From a candidate division FCPU426 bacterium (GTDB lineage: Bacteria; Oederibacteriota; Muellerivitia; Muellerivitales; Muellerivitaceae): a stretch of 64,000 bases of DNA. A program made the position numbers and the translations under genes. Where the stretch lies: contig CAWCKJ010000003.1 of NCBI GenBank assembly GCA_963796105.1, positions 512,001 through 576,000 of the forward strand. The letters are read 5' to 3'. The notes under the pieces were generated by a model, which saw only the letters and a list, made by a program, of their open reading frames with translations, was not told the origin of the DNA and did no database searches. Positions 39,509 through 49,060 of this stretch are shown piece by piece. The first letter of the stretch is position 1. Each line of letters opens with the position of its first letter.

Positions 39509-39539
39509 AAAAAAAAACCCTGCCAATGGGGGCAGAGTT
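39509..39539 (-). terminator. Intrinsic terminator inside the purA 5' leader (attenuator)
   Basis: Minus strand AACTCTGCC-CCCATT-GGCAGGGTT plus T tract (9 T), about 30 nt before the ATG; no upstream co-oriented gene. Confidence 0.75.
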
Positions 39540-39562
39540 GGAAATTCCCTGAAATCCCGCTC

Positions 39563-39591
39563 ATCTTAAGGCATCCCCCCCTTTAAAACAA
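39563..39591 (-). promoter_or_regulatory. Putative purA sigma70 promoter
   Basis: TTGTTT-17 bp-TAAGAT. Confidence 0.55.
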
Positions 39592-39722
39592 GCGGGTTTA
39601 TGTTTCTTCACGTTTCATTTAAGCCGTCTCGGACCGGCATTGGAAGTGCCGTTTTAAAGGACCGGCGAATGGGCTTATAATGTGGCATCAACGGCCGGAT
39701 GCCGCGAATCACCTATGAAGCC

Positions 39723-39922
39723 CCACGGGCAAGCCCGTGGCACCTATTGATCCCCCTTCGCCAAGGCTTCGGGGGATTTATCCACCACTTTATTTAAGGA
39801 ATCCACCGCAGCAAGGTATTCATTCCTGGCCATCTGGCTACGCCGAAGCTTCGCCAGACAGGCGGCCGGGGCCTGTCCTCCGCAGCTTCAGCGAAGGAGG
39901 GTTTTCCGCGAAGGTGGATGAA
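39723..39922. repeat. Cluster of REP-like palindromes
   Basis: CCACGGGCAAGCCCGTGG, ATCCCCC..GGGGGAT, CCTCCGCAGCTTCAGCGAAGGAGG, bracketed by ATCCACC/GGTGGAT. Confidence 0.7.
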
Positions 39923-39932
39923 CGGACGGATC

Positions 39933-40595
39933 ATGAGGAAGATTGTCTTGGCTGTCTGCGTATGGATGGGGCTGGCAGGGCTTGCGCCCACGCTTGCCTT
40001 TTCCATCGGCCCCGAGGGCGGGCTCAATTTTTCCAGCATTCCCGTGATGCCTAACACCCAGACCCTCACGGATTTGCTGGACGATTATACCGAGGGCCTT
40101 TACGCCGATTTCTCCCTGGGTTCCTTTCTTTACCTCCAAACCGAGATGCGCATCACCGGCAAGGGCACCTACGACAAAGAGCAGATCATCGTCGCGGACA
40201 ATTCGAATAATCCCATCGGCTACTACCAGCAATTCGAGTCTATCAGCTTGAATTACCTCGAGTGGCCCGTGATGCTGAAGCTCGAGGACAGCGCCGGGGG
40301 CGATTGGAGGGTCCATGTCCTGGGAGGCCCCTATGTCGCTTACCTGATCGGCGCCAGCGACCACGTTGACATCAACGGAAACGGCTTCCTCTCCGACGAT
40401 TCTTTCGACCTCAACGTCCTCAAGGACTACAACCGGTTGGACTATGGGCTCGTTTTCGGGGTGGGACTGGTGTTCAAGAAAACCTTCGTGGATTTCCGCT
40501 TCGACCTGGGGCTCAACGGCCTCGCCAAGAACGCCGACCCTCCCAACCTGCAAAACCGAACCTTTTCGCTCTTGTTCGGATACGAGTTCTTTTAG
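39933..40595 (+). CDS. Outer-membrane beta-barrel (porin family) protein
   Basis: Signal peptide; GPEGGLNFS, YLEWPVMLK, GPYVAYL, C-terminal GYEFF. Confidence 0.85.
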   Translation: MRKIVLAVCVWMGLAGLAPTLAFSIGPEGGLNFSSIPVMPNTQTLTDLLDDYTEGLYADFSLGSFLYLQTEMRITGKGTYDKEQIIVADNSNNPIGYYQQFESISLNYLEWPVMLKLEDSAGGDWRVHVLGGPYVAYLIGASDHVDINGNGFLSDDSFDLNVLKDYNRLDYGLVFGVGLVFKKTFVDFRFDLGLNGLAKNADPPNLQNRTFSLLFGYEFF

Positions 40596-40621
40596 CCAAA
40601 CCCGTCAGAACCGGCGTTTCC

Positions 40622-43600
40622 TCATCGAATGATCAGAACCTTCAGGGATCTCTTGGTCCTCGCTCCGTTGACCGGATTTTTCCAATCCAATACCACCAGA
40701 TAAAGGCCCGATGCCGACTCCTGCCCCTTTTGGTTTCGAGTGTCCCATACCGCGCTCCCCTTCACCAAAGGCAAGTCCCGGATCAATTCGCCGCTCAGGC
40801 TGTAAACCTTGGCCTCCGCTTGCACCGCGAGGGCAAAGCCGGAGGAAGTTGCTGAAAGCTGGAGCATTCCCCCGCCCCTCAATAGATTTGGTTTGGCCGT
40901 GAAGAGAACCGGCTCCGCGGAAATTCCCCCTATATAGGCGTCCCTGGAAAGAATGATGGGATTCCCCCCCGCGATGGTTTCCTGGAGGACAAAGTGATAA
41001 TACCCGTTCGGGACCGTTTGTCCGTTCGGGCCCAAGCCATTCCATACCGCTACAGCCTGCCCGTTCACGGTCAGGGTGACTGATCCGCCTTTCCCGTTAT
41101 TATCGGAAATGAAATTAGATACATCCAGGACCAAGACTTCGCCCGCCTGTAAAACAGTATTTCCGCAAAGGGAGGCAACCTGCTCCCCTCTTTCGTCGTA
41201 AATCCCAATCGCTTGCAAACAACCTGAGACTATCGGGGTAGGGGTAACTGAATAGGTAGGAGTTAGGGTGACTTGCGGTGAGTTTGTTGAAGAGGGAGAA
41301 GGAGTTGAAGAATAAGACGGAGTGGAAGTCCATGAAAATATCGGGGTATTGGTTGAGGTTGAAGTCAGCGTCAGCGTGAGAGTGGGTGAAAAAGCTTGAG
41401 TCGCGGAAGGCGTGTTTGTCGGGGTGAAAGTCGGGGTGTCAGTCAAAGCGGGGGTTAGGAATGTGGCGGTAGATGTTAACGACGGCGAATGGGTCATCGT
41501 GGACGTGGCGCTTAACGTTGAAGTGGAAGTCCAGGTCGGGGTGTAGGAGGGTGTCTGCGTAAGAGTCTCCGTAAAAGTCATAGTGGGTGATTCCGAATAG
41601 GTGGAAGTCGCAGTCGGCGAGTCAGTAAGCGTACCGGTGGGGGTATAGGTGGAAGAATAGGTAGGCGTCAGGAGCGTGGAGGTAGGAGTTAAAGACGGTG
41701 TATTCGTGGCCATTAAAGTCATGGTGCTGGTGTAAGTTGAAGAAAAAGTCTCCGTTTCAGTCGGTGTATTCGCGGGCGTAACAGTCAATGTATTTGTGAT
41801 GGTGGAAGTTGGGGTATAGGTAGGAGAAGCTGTCATCGTCCATGTGGATGTATCAGTCGGGGTATATGTCAAAGTGGGCGTTGCCGAAACGGTCATCGTG
41901 TTCGTGGGCGTTTCGGAAGGGGAGTTAGTAACCGTAAGTGTGGGAGTAGGGCTTGAGGTGGGCGTATAGGTCGATGTAGGCGTCGAAGTAGCCGAATCTG
42001 TGGGGGTTTCCGTGGACGTATAGGTCAGCGTCAAGGTTAGGGTGGGCGTATTTGAATGTGAGGAGGTTGGCGTGTCAGTGAATGAAGAAGTGGGAGTCAC
42101 GGAGGGTGAATTCGTTAAGGTGAAAGTTGGGGTTAAAGTCGGGGAATAAGAGGCGGTGTACGTTGGAGTTGAGGTCGGAGTAGGCGAAAAGGTTTGGGTT
42201 TCAGTCAAAGTAAAAGAAGGGGTTGAAGATGGGGTACTTGAGAATGTCGGGGTGGAAGTATCAGTAAAGGATTGAGTGGAGGTTAAAGAAGGCGTATTCG
42301 TCGGGGTCAAAGTAATTGTCAATGTCGGAGTGGGAGTTTTAGTCGGGGATAGCGTTGACGTAGCCGAAAGGGTTGGGGTGTTCGTGGCTGTAGCTGATGG
42401 CGTAGGAGTCCATGTGACCGTGTTGGTCAAAGTCGGGGTAGCTGAATCCGTCGGCGTGCTTGTAAATGTCAGAGTGAAAGTCATGGTAAGGGAAGGTGTC
42501 GGGGTGGGACTCCCGGTAAAACTAGCTGTCGGCGTTGGGGTGGAGGAATAGGTCGATGTGGACGTGAAAGTTTTCGTCGGAGTGTTAGTCGGGGTCCCCG
42601 TGGGAGTGGACGTGGCGCTGAAGGTGGATGTCGGCGAGGAGGTTTTAGTCGGGGATAGTGTAGGCGTCAACGAAACCGTTGGGGTTCCTGTCGAGGTCGG
42701 GCTCGGCGACGGCGAGGCGGTCCGGGACGGAGTGGGAGTCCCTGTGGTGCTCGGGGTGTTGGAGGGAGTCGGGGTGCAGGCGGACAAGAGAGTGGTCACT
42801 GCGTTCGAGATCACGCTCAATTTGGGGGTCGAGCTGTCCGCCTCGGCCGTGTTGATCAGGCTGATCCCGCAAATATTGACAATTCCTACCGCCGTCAGGG
42901 CGCCCGAGGCCCCGCCCGAGAGGTTCCCCAGGTTCCAGACGATCCTTTGCCCCGTTACGGCTGGCGCGCCGCTGGAGGAGGCGTAACTCAGTCCCGCCGG
43001 CAGGGTGTCCGTGACGGTCACGTTGTAGGAGAGAGGATATTTCACGATGGAAACGTTGTCAAAACGGATGGTGCTTCCGTTATTGGCCTGGAGCCCTCCC
43101 TGACCCGTGGGAATGGCAAAGGCGGTCGTGCTGGAGACGGCCAGGGTCCCGTTGATCCATAAATTCAAGGTCACAGGGCCGGTTCCGAGGGCCTCGAACT
43201 TGGCGGTAAACCATGTGTTCACGGCGATGGCCGCGCTTCCGGTAGCCAAACCGGTATAGTTGCCCGTGGCGACGTTCCAATAGCCCAGCGCCACGTTGTT
43301 CGTATTGCCCACCCCGATCAGGGTCTGGTAGTTCGAGCCGTTGACCGTGCCTGTGCCGTTGAACCTGAACAGGAGGACCCCGTTCCGGGAACCGCCGTTG
43401 GCGATTTTCATGTCGGCCTGGATATTGCCGTCCCCCACCTGGCTCGCACATCCGTTGAGAAGGTAAGGATAGGTGTTGGCCGCAGCCACGCCTTGGAGGG
43501 CCTGGGTGCCGACCGAGGCCGGGCCGTTGTCAGCCACCACAGTCCAGGCCCCTCCCGAACTGACCCAGCCGGAGGGAAAACTTCCCAAGACATCCGCCTC

Positions 43601-43813
43601 GAAATTGTCCGAGCAGAGGGCATTGGTGTTGGAGTTTAAATAGGAAAGGACATAGGTGACAGAGTCCCCCGGCGAGGCGCTCGGGGCATTGGCGGTTTTG
43701 GCAAGGGTAAGCTGGGCCAGGGCGTCCGAAGGCGCAAAAAGCAGGGTGAGACCAGCCAATAGGGTCCCATGGAATAGGAGGAAGATGGGATTGGTTTTTT
43801 GCCTTCTTCTCAT
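40622..43813 (-). CDS. Large secreted protein: DUF11-like and beta-sandwich N-terminus, about 500-aa Thr/Ser/Pro linker, C-terminal FlgD-Ig-like domains
   Basis: Signal; LTLAKTA..PGDSVTYVL and VTDTLPAGL (DUF11); WNGLGPNGQTVPNGYY and WDTRNQKG..ASGLYLVV. Confidence 0.8.
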   Translation of the reverse strand: MRRRQKTNPIFLLFHGTLLAGLTLLFAPSDALAQLTLAKTANAPSASPGDSVTYVLSYLNSNTNALCSDNFEADVLGSFPSGWVSSGGAWTVVADNGPASVGTQALQGVAAANTYPYLLNGCASQVGDGNIQADMKIANGGSRNGVLLFRFNGTGTVNGSNYQTLIGVGNTNNVALGYWNVATGNYTGLATGSAAIAVNTWFTAKFEALGTGPVTLNLWINGTLAVSSTTAFAIPTGQGGLQANNGSTIRFDNVSIVKYPLSYNVTVTDTLPAGLSYASSSGAPAVTGQRIVWNLGNLSGGASGALTAVGIVNICGISLINTAEADSSTPKLSVISNAVTTLLSACTPTPSNTPSTTGTPTPSRTASPSPSPTSTGTPTVSLTPTLSPTKTSSPTSTFSATSTPTGTPTNTPTKTFTSTSTYSSTPTPTASFTGSPTPTPSLTMTFTLTFTSTPTDSATPTLTNTVTWTPTPSATATNTPTLSATSTLSPTKTPTPTLTITLTPTNTPSLTSTQSFTDTSTPTFSSTPSSTPSFTLTETQTFSPTPTSTPTYTASYSPTLTPTFTLTNSPSVTPTSSFTDTPTSSHSNTPTLTLTLTYTSTETPTDSATSTPTSTYTPTSSPTPTLTVTNSPSETPTNTMTVSATPTLTYTPTDTSTWTMTASPTYTPTSTITNTLTVTPANTPTETETFSSTYTSTMTLMATNTPSLTPTSTLLTPTYSSTYTPTGTLTDSPTATSTYSESPTMTFTETLTQTPSYTPTWTSTSTLSATSTMTHSPSLTSTATFLTPALTDTPTFTPTNTPSATQAFSPTLTLTLTSTSTNTPIFSWTSTPSYSSTPSPSSTNSPQVTLTPTYSVTPTPIVSGCLQAIGIYDERGEQVASLCGNTVLQAGEVLVLDVSNFISDNNGKGGSVTLTVNGQAVAVWNGLGPNGQTVPNGYYHFVLQETIAGGNPIILSRDAYIGGISAEPVLFTAKPNLLRGGGMLQLSATSSGFALAVQAEAKVYSLSGELIRDLPLVKGSAVWDTRNQKGQESASGLYLVVLDWKNPVNGARTKRSLKVLIIR

Positions 43814-44128
43814 TTTACGGTTTCCCCGGAATCGTCGATAAGTGTTGAGGCGCCCTGTTAAAAGGGAGCTGGTTGCCGTGAATGGGATGGCAAAATATTT
43901 TCGGCCGATAGTAAGACTTAAAAACTTCGCCCGCCGCTATTCAAGAAGCATAAACTCGAAATGGAATCCCCTTTGCTGACAGCAAACCTTCGCAATGGTA
44001 CACCGGGAAGCGGCGGTTATTCAATTCAAGCCCCGGGTTTATACGTTAAAACCGTTATAGTCCGTGAATTTTTGGAGGAGATTCATCTAAAAGTGTACGG
44101 GAAAGGGTGAAAAGCCAGATCTGCCAAG

Positions 44129-44470
44129 TCAGCATTCCAGGCGCTTGGCGTCGCACCAGAGACCCTCCAGGTCATAGTAGGCCCTGGCGTCCTCCTTGAA
44201 AACATGCACCACAACATCCACGAAATCCAAAACCCACCAGCTTCCGTCCTTGGAGGAATTGGTCTTCCAAAGCCCCTTCCGGTCGGAGAGTTTGTCCGTG
44301 ACACCCGTTACGATCGCGTTCACGTGGGGGTTTGAGTTTCCGCTGCAGACCACAAGGACGTCGGTGTAGGAGGCCAGCCCCTCCATGTCCAGGGCCTGGA
44401 TGTCGATGGCTTGCTTGTCCTCCAGGTGGGAGACGATCTCCTCCAGCAGACTGCTAGTTTTCTTTTCCAA
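44129..44470 (-). CDS. rsfS: Ribosome silencing factor
   Basis: DKQAIDI, VVCSGNS, WWVLDFVDVVVHVF...YYDLEGLW. Confidence 0.93.
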   Translation of the reverse strand: MEKKTSSLLEEIVSHLEDKQAIDIQALDMEGLASYTDVLVVCSGNSNPHVNAIVTGVTDKLSDRKGLWKTNSSKDGSWWVLDFVDVVVHVFKEDARAYYDLEGLWCDAKRLEC

Positions 44471-44478
44471 TGTTTTCC

Positions 44479-44745
44479 TTAACGCGGATGATTTCGGACC
44501 TGCTGGACGGCCTTCGCGAGCTCGACCAGGATGTCCGTCTTGAACTGTTCCTTCAACTCCTCCAGTTTCGTGAACACATAGCCCTTTTCCGTGACGATAT
44601 AGCGCGCCGGGAGGTGGTTCAGGGCGAAGGCGAGGATATCCAGCCTGTCCTTCTCGGAGGGATGGAAGCCCTGATAGGCCGGCTCCTCCAGAAGCTCGGC
44701 CAGGCTTTTCTTGACCGCCTCCTCCATGTAATTGATCAGGTCCAC
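44479..44745 (-). CDS. ComFB-family protein
   Basis: LINYMEEAV...DILAFALNHLPARYIVT...VRNHPR. Confidence 0.85.
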   Translation of the reverse strand: MDLINYMEEAVKKSLAELLEEPAYQGFHPSEKDRLDILAFALNHLPARYIVTEKGYVFTKLEELKEQFKTDILVELAKAVQQVRNHPR

Positions 44746-44759
44746 GTTGCCCTCTTCCC

Positions 44760-45383
44760 CTACAGGTATAGCTGGTGGTTGTGAATATACTGCTCCACGG
44801 CCTCAGGCACCAGATACTTGATGCTTTTCCAATCCCGGACCCTTTGGCGGATCTGGGTGGAGCTCACGTCGATATAGGTCCCCCGCTCCACGAGGATGTT
44901 CTCAAGCAGGCTCGCCGGAACCTCCCCGCCCTCGGAACCTGGAAAACGTCTGTTCGGAATCAGGTCCGTGTTGAAACCCGGCCTCGACACGGCGACGAAC
45001 TTGCAGATCTCCAGCATCTCCTCGATGTTCTTCCAGGCCGTGATATCCATCAGGATATCCGCTCCGACGATGAAGTAGATTTGAATCCCTTCCGGGAATA
45101 ATTTCAAGAAGTGTTTTACGGTGATGATGGAGTATGATTTTCCTCCCTGGGCGATCTCGAAATCGGACACCTCGAAGCAGGGGTTGCTGACGGTGGCCAG
45201 GTGCGCCATGACCAGGCGGTCGCGGGCCGCGGCGAGGTCCGAGGGGTTCTTGAGGGGATTCAGGAAGGCCGGGATGAAGATGACCTTGTCCAAGGAGTAC
45301 TTGGCGCGGATTTCCTCGGCCACCACCAGATGGCCGGTATGGATCGGGTTGAAGGTGCCGCCGAAAAGGCCGATGGCTTTCAC
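44760..45383 (-). CDS. nadD: Nicotinate-nucleotide adenylyltransferase
   Basis: GGTFNPIHTGH, FIVGAD, VSSTQIR. Confidence 0.96.
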   Translation of the reverse strand: MKAIGLFGGTFNPIHTGHLVVAEEIRAKYSLDKVIFIPAFLNPLKNPSDLAAARDRLVMAHLATVSNPCFEVSDFEIAQGGKSYSIITVKHFLKLFPEGIQIYFIVGADILMDITAWKNIEEMLEICKFVAVSRPGFNTDLIPNRRFPGSEGGEVPASLLENILVERGTYIDVSSTQIRQRVRDWKSIKYLVPEAVEQYIHNHQLYL

Positions 45384-45387
45384 GCTC

Positions 45388-47157
45388 TCAACGCTCTTCG
45401 TCCTTCAACAGCGAGTCGATCATGTCCCCGGTGAGGAATTCCGTGTCGCCCTTCTCCTCGGTTGGAGTCAAGCCGGGAGCCGGAGCCGACGCCGCTGGTA
45501 TGGGCAATGAACTCGAGACCGGGGCGGTTTTCTTCGTGTCTTTCCCCGTCTTGGGCAGGTCCGGTGCGATTGCCGCAACTGTGGATATCACCCTTCCCTT
45601 CGCGGCCTGGACGAGCTTATCGAGTTCATCCTTGGTGAGGCCGCTCGTCGCGGAAACTTTCATCTGCTGGGTCTGGCCGGTTGCGACGTTCTTGGCCGTG
45701 ACATTGACGATGCCGTTGGAATCGATGGCGAAAGTGACCTCCACCTGGTTGGTCCCGGCCGGGGCCGGGGGCAGTCCCACGAAGGAGAAAAAGCCCAAAG
45801 TCTTGTTGTTGCTGGCGATCTTTTCCTCGCCCTGGAGGACCTTGACGTTCACGGAGGTCTGCATATCCTTCACGGTGGAATAAAGCTTGCTCATGCGGGT
45901 CGGCACGGTGGTGTTGCGGGGTATGATGACGGAACAGGTCCCTCCCAAAGTCTCCACGCCGAGCGAAAGGGGGGTGACGTCCAGAAGGAGGGCGTTGCGG
46001 ATGTTTCCGTTGATGATGCCGGCTTGGATGGAAGCCCCCAGGGCCACCGCCTCGTCCGGGTTGACCTTGACGTTGGGTTCCTTGTTGAAGAAGCGCTTCA
46101 CCACGTCGCGAACCTTGGGAACCCGGGTCATGCCACCCACCAAGAGGACCTCGTTCAGATCCTTGGGATTCAAGTTGGCGTCCTTCAAGGCCCTTTTGCA
46201 GGGCTCCATTGTCCTCTCGATCAAGGGATTGACCATGGTCTCGAATTCTTCCCTCGATAGGTTGTAGGCCAGGTTCACGAAACTGCCTTCCTTTTTCGAG
46301 ATGAAAGGCAGGTTGATGGTCGTGGTGGCGGCGGTGGAGAGGTCGCATTTAGCCTTTTCCGCGGCTTCCCTCAGGCGCTGGAGTGCCACGGGCTCCTGGC
46401 GCAGGTCGATCCCGGTCTCCTCGATGAACTTGCCCAGGACCCACTCCATGAGGATGTGGTCAAAATCATCCCCGCCCAAATGCGTATCCCCGGACGTGGA
46501 AAGCACCCTGTAAAGGCCGTTAAGGAGCTCCAGCACCGTCACGTCCAGGGTTCCACCGCCCAGGTCGTAAACCACGATCTTCTGGTTTTTCTTCGTGTCA
46601 AAATCGTAGGACAATGCCGCTGCGGTAGGCTCGTTGATGATCCTCAAAATGTCGTAGCCCGCTATTTTTCCCGCGTCCTTGGTCGCCTGGCGCTGGGAAT
46701 CGTTAAAATAGGCGGGCACCGTGACGACGGCTTGAGAGATCCTCTCCCCGAGGCGCGCCTCGGCGTCCTGCTTGATTTTCCGGAGCACGATCGCGGAAAT
46801 TTCCTCGGGGGATTTGACCGTGTCTCCCAAGCTCACACGGATATCCCCGTTCTCGGATTCCACCACGTCATAGGAAACCAGGCTCTTGTCCCGTCTGACC
46901 TCCTCGTCATTGGCTTTGCGCCCGATGAACCGCTTGATGGAGGAAACCGTCCCCTTGGGATTGGTGATGGCCTGGTGTTTCGCGTCCAAACCCACGAGCC
47001 AATTCTTCTCGGCCGTCAAGGCCACGATGGAGGGAGTGGTATGGTAGCCGTCGGAGTTGGGAATCACCGTGGGTTCACCGCCGTTCAAATAGGCGACGCA
47101 GGAATTGGTGGTCCCGAGATCGATCCCAATCGCGATTTCCTTGCTTTTATCGGCCAT
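45388..47157 (-). CDS. dnaK: Hsp70/DnaK paralog lacking most of the helical lid
   Basis: GIDLGTTNS, NEPTAAA, DLGGGT, LLLDVTPLSLG linker; ends soon after GLTKDELDKLVQAA. Confidence 0.9.
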   Translation of the reverse strand: MADKSKEIAIGIDLGTTNSCVAYLNGGEPTVIPNSDGYHTTPSIVALTAEKNWLVGLDAKHQAITNPKGTVSSIKRFIGRKANDEEVRRDKSLVSYDVVESENGDIRVSLGDTVKSPEEISAIVLRKIKQDAEARLGERISQAVVTVPAYFNDSQRQATKDAGKIAGYDILRIINEPTAAALSYDFDTKKNQKIVVYDLGGGTLDVTVLELLNGLYRVLSTSGDTHLGGDDFDHILMEWVLGKFIEETGIDLRQEPVALQRLREAAEKAKCDLSTAATTTINLPFISKKEGSFVNLAYNLSREEFETMVNPLIERTMEPCKRALKDANLNPKDLNEVLLVGGMTRVPKVRDVVKRFFNKEPNVKVNPDEAVALGASIQAGIINGNIRNALLLDVTPLSLGVETLGGTCSVIIPRNTTVPTRMSKLYSTVKDMQTSVNVKVLQGEEKIASNNKTLGFFSFVGLPPAPAGTNQVEVTFAIDSNGIVNVTAKNVATGQTQQMKVSATSGLTKDELDKLVQAAKGRVISTVAAIAPDLPKTGKDTKKTAPVSSSLPIPAASAPAPGLTPTEEKGDTEFLTGDMIDSLLKDEER

Positions 47158-47206
47158 GTTTCACCTTATTAATGGACTTTAAGCTTTATTTTAGTCTTCA
47201 GGGGCT

Positions 47207-47773
47207 TCAAACTTTTTTTCCATAAACATAACCCATCGCCACACTCAAAGTTTTCTTAGCTTCATAATCATCAGGGTTTAATTTCAAAACCCTCTCGACA
47301 CAAGCCACCGAATCCTTGAAATTCCCCTGGCATCCGTACAAAATTCCCAGATTATAGTGGGAGTTGACGAAGCCTGGCACCAGTTTGATGGCCGCAACCC
47401 ACTCGTGCTGGGCCTGGTTCCAATCGTCCTTTTCCTCGAAAAAAGCCACCCCTTTTTTGAAGTAATCCTCCGCCTCAATCTCCTCTTTCGTCTTGATGAT
47501 CTTGAGAAGCCCGCGTTTCACCCCGACCATATCCCCGGTTTCGCGCCGGATGTCGTTTCGGACCTGAAAATTATACGCTTCCCTTTTTTCCGGGTCACTT
47601 AACACGTTGTAGGCCGTCACGATTTCCATGGTTTGCTCGATGGCCCATTCCAGCCGGTCAGGGTTCCGGTCCGGGTGGTTTTCGAAAATGAGGTGTTTAT
47701 ATGTCTCCTGTAATTGCTTGGGGTCCAAGGGCGGATAAAGCTTGAATATCTCGTAATAATTTTTTTTGATCAT
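47207..47773 (-). CDS. J-domain protein with TPR repeats
   Basis: NYYEIF...HPDRNP...AYNVLSDPEKREAY; C-terminal TPRs. Confidence 0.9.
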   Translation of the reverse strand: MIKKNYYEIFKLYPPLDPKQLQETYKHLIFENHPDRNPDRLEWAIEQTMEIVTAYNVLSDPEKREAYNFQVRNDIRRETGDMVGVKRGLLKIIKTKEEIEAEDYFKKGVAFFEEKDDWNQAQHEWVAAIKLVPGFVNSHYNLGILYGCQGNFKDSVACVERVLKLNPDDYEAKKTLSVAMGYVYGKKV

Positions 47774-47917
47774 GAAAGATAAAAACCGTCCGGTTGCAGA
47801 TTCCAGTCTTTGGTTGCAGAAATCAAAAAAATCATTGTCAATTTTGCTAAGTTTTTATTTTACAAACAATACAGGTCGAAAGAAATACCCTAAAGAAATT
47901 TCGGCAGCTAAAACCCA

Positions 47918-49060
47918 TCAAATTTCAGTCAACCGGACCATATTGTCCCGGTGGACCACCTCATCGGCGGACTTAAAGCCGAGTTTCTTAGTGATCTCAA
48001 AAGACTTCAATCCCTTGATCTGACCCAAGGCGTCCGAGGAATAATTGCAGATCCCCTTGGCGATCTCCCTCTTCTGGGTGTCCAGTATCTTCACGATGGC
48101 GCCTTCCTCCCAAGTTCCAGCCAGTTCCCTCACGCCGCTTGGCAGGAGGCTGGTGTTCCTCTCCACCAGGGCCTTGCGCGCGCCCTGATCCACGATGATC
48201 TCCCCTTCCGGCTTGACGCTGTAGGCCAGCCACCGCTTGCGGCTGCTCATCTTGTGCGGGGCCGGGTGGAAATAGGTCCCTACGCTCCTGTTCTGGAGCA
48301 GGTGCCGCAGGACGTTTTTCCGGAGACCGTTGGCGATCGCCATGGGGATTCCAGACTGCATCATGCTCTTGGCGGCCTTGATTTTGGTGGCCATTCCTCC
48401 CGTCCCGACCATGGACCGGGAGTTCGTGGCTTCCCTCTCGAACCGGGGGTCCCATTTGTAAACGTCCCGGATCAGTTTCGCATCTGGGTTGGCGTTCGGG
48501 TCCTGGTCATAAAAGCCGTCCGTATCTGTCAGGGAAACCAGCAAATCCGCGCCAGCCAAGTGGGTGACGAGAACCGCCAAAGTGTCGTTGTCCCCGAACT
48601 TGACCTCCTCCACCGCCACGGTGTCGTTCTCGTTGATGACGGGGATGATTCTCTTTTTCAGTAGCTCTAGGAGCGTGTTGCAGGCGTTAGAATAGCGGTG
48701 GCGGTGGGAGATGTCGTCGCGCGTGAGAAGGATCTGGGCGACCCTCAAGCCGGATTTCTTGAAATTCGCCTCATAAGCGTGCATGAGCTTGCTTTGGCCC
48801 ACCGCGGCGAGCGCCTGAAGCATCGAGACGCTTTTCGGGCGCTTGGGCATCCCCAGCTCGAACAATCCCGCCGCGATGGCGCCCGAGGTCACCAGGAGAA
48901 CCTCGAACTTATCCTTTTGGAGCTTGGCGATCTGCTCCGCAAGGCTTTCCAGGAAGGAAACCCTGATTTTCTTCCTCCTCGTGTCGGTGAGCAGGCTGCT
49001 TCCAACCTTGACGACGATCCTGCGTACTCCCTTGAAGTCGCGGGGCCTCTCATTTTCCAC
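47918..49060 (-). CDS. proB: Glutamate 5-kinase
   Basis: VVKVGSS, INENDTV..FGDND, GTGGMATK, PUA domain. Confidence 0.97.
   Translation of the reverse strand: MENERPRDFKGVRRIVVKVGSSLLTDTRRKKIRVSFLESLAEQIAKLQKDKFEVLLVTSGAIAAGLFELGMPKRPKSVSMLQALAAVGQSKLMHAYEANFKKSGLRVAQILLTRDDISHRHRYSNACNTLLELLKKRIIPVINENDTVAVEEVKFGDNDTLAVLVTHLAGADLLVSLTDTDGFYDQDPNANPDAKLIRDVYKWDPRFEREATNSRSMVGTGGMATKIKAAKSMMQSGIPMAIANGLRKNVLRHLLQNRSVGTYFHPAPHKMSSRKRWLAYSVKPEGEIIVDQGARKALVERNTSLLPSGVRELAGTWEEGAIVKILDTQKREIAKGICNYSSDALGQIKGLKSFEITKKLGFKSADEVVHRDNMVRLTEI

Noticed and set aside
39478..39564. Upstream ATG 39564 start or a purine riboswitch for purA
   Set aside because: That ATG overlaps the -10 box and the extension crosses the terminator; the leader is too short and lacks the purine aptamer consensus
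41230..42780. Thr/Pro-coding tract as a DNA-level repeat element
   Set aside because: Codons are diversified; the low complexity is explained by the protein linker
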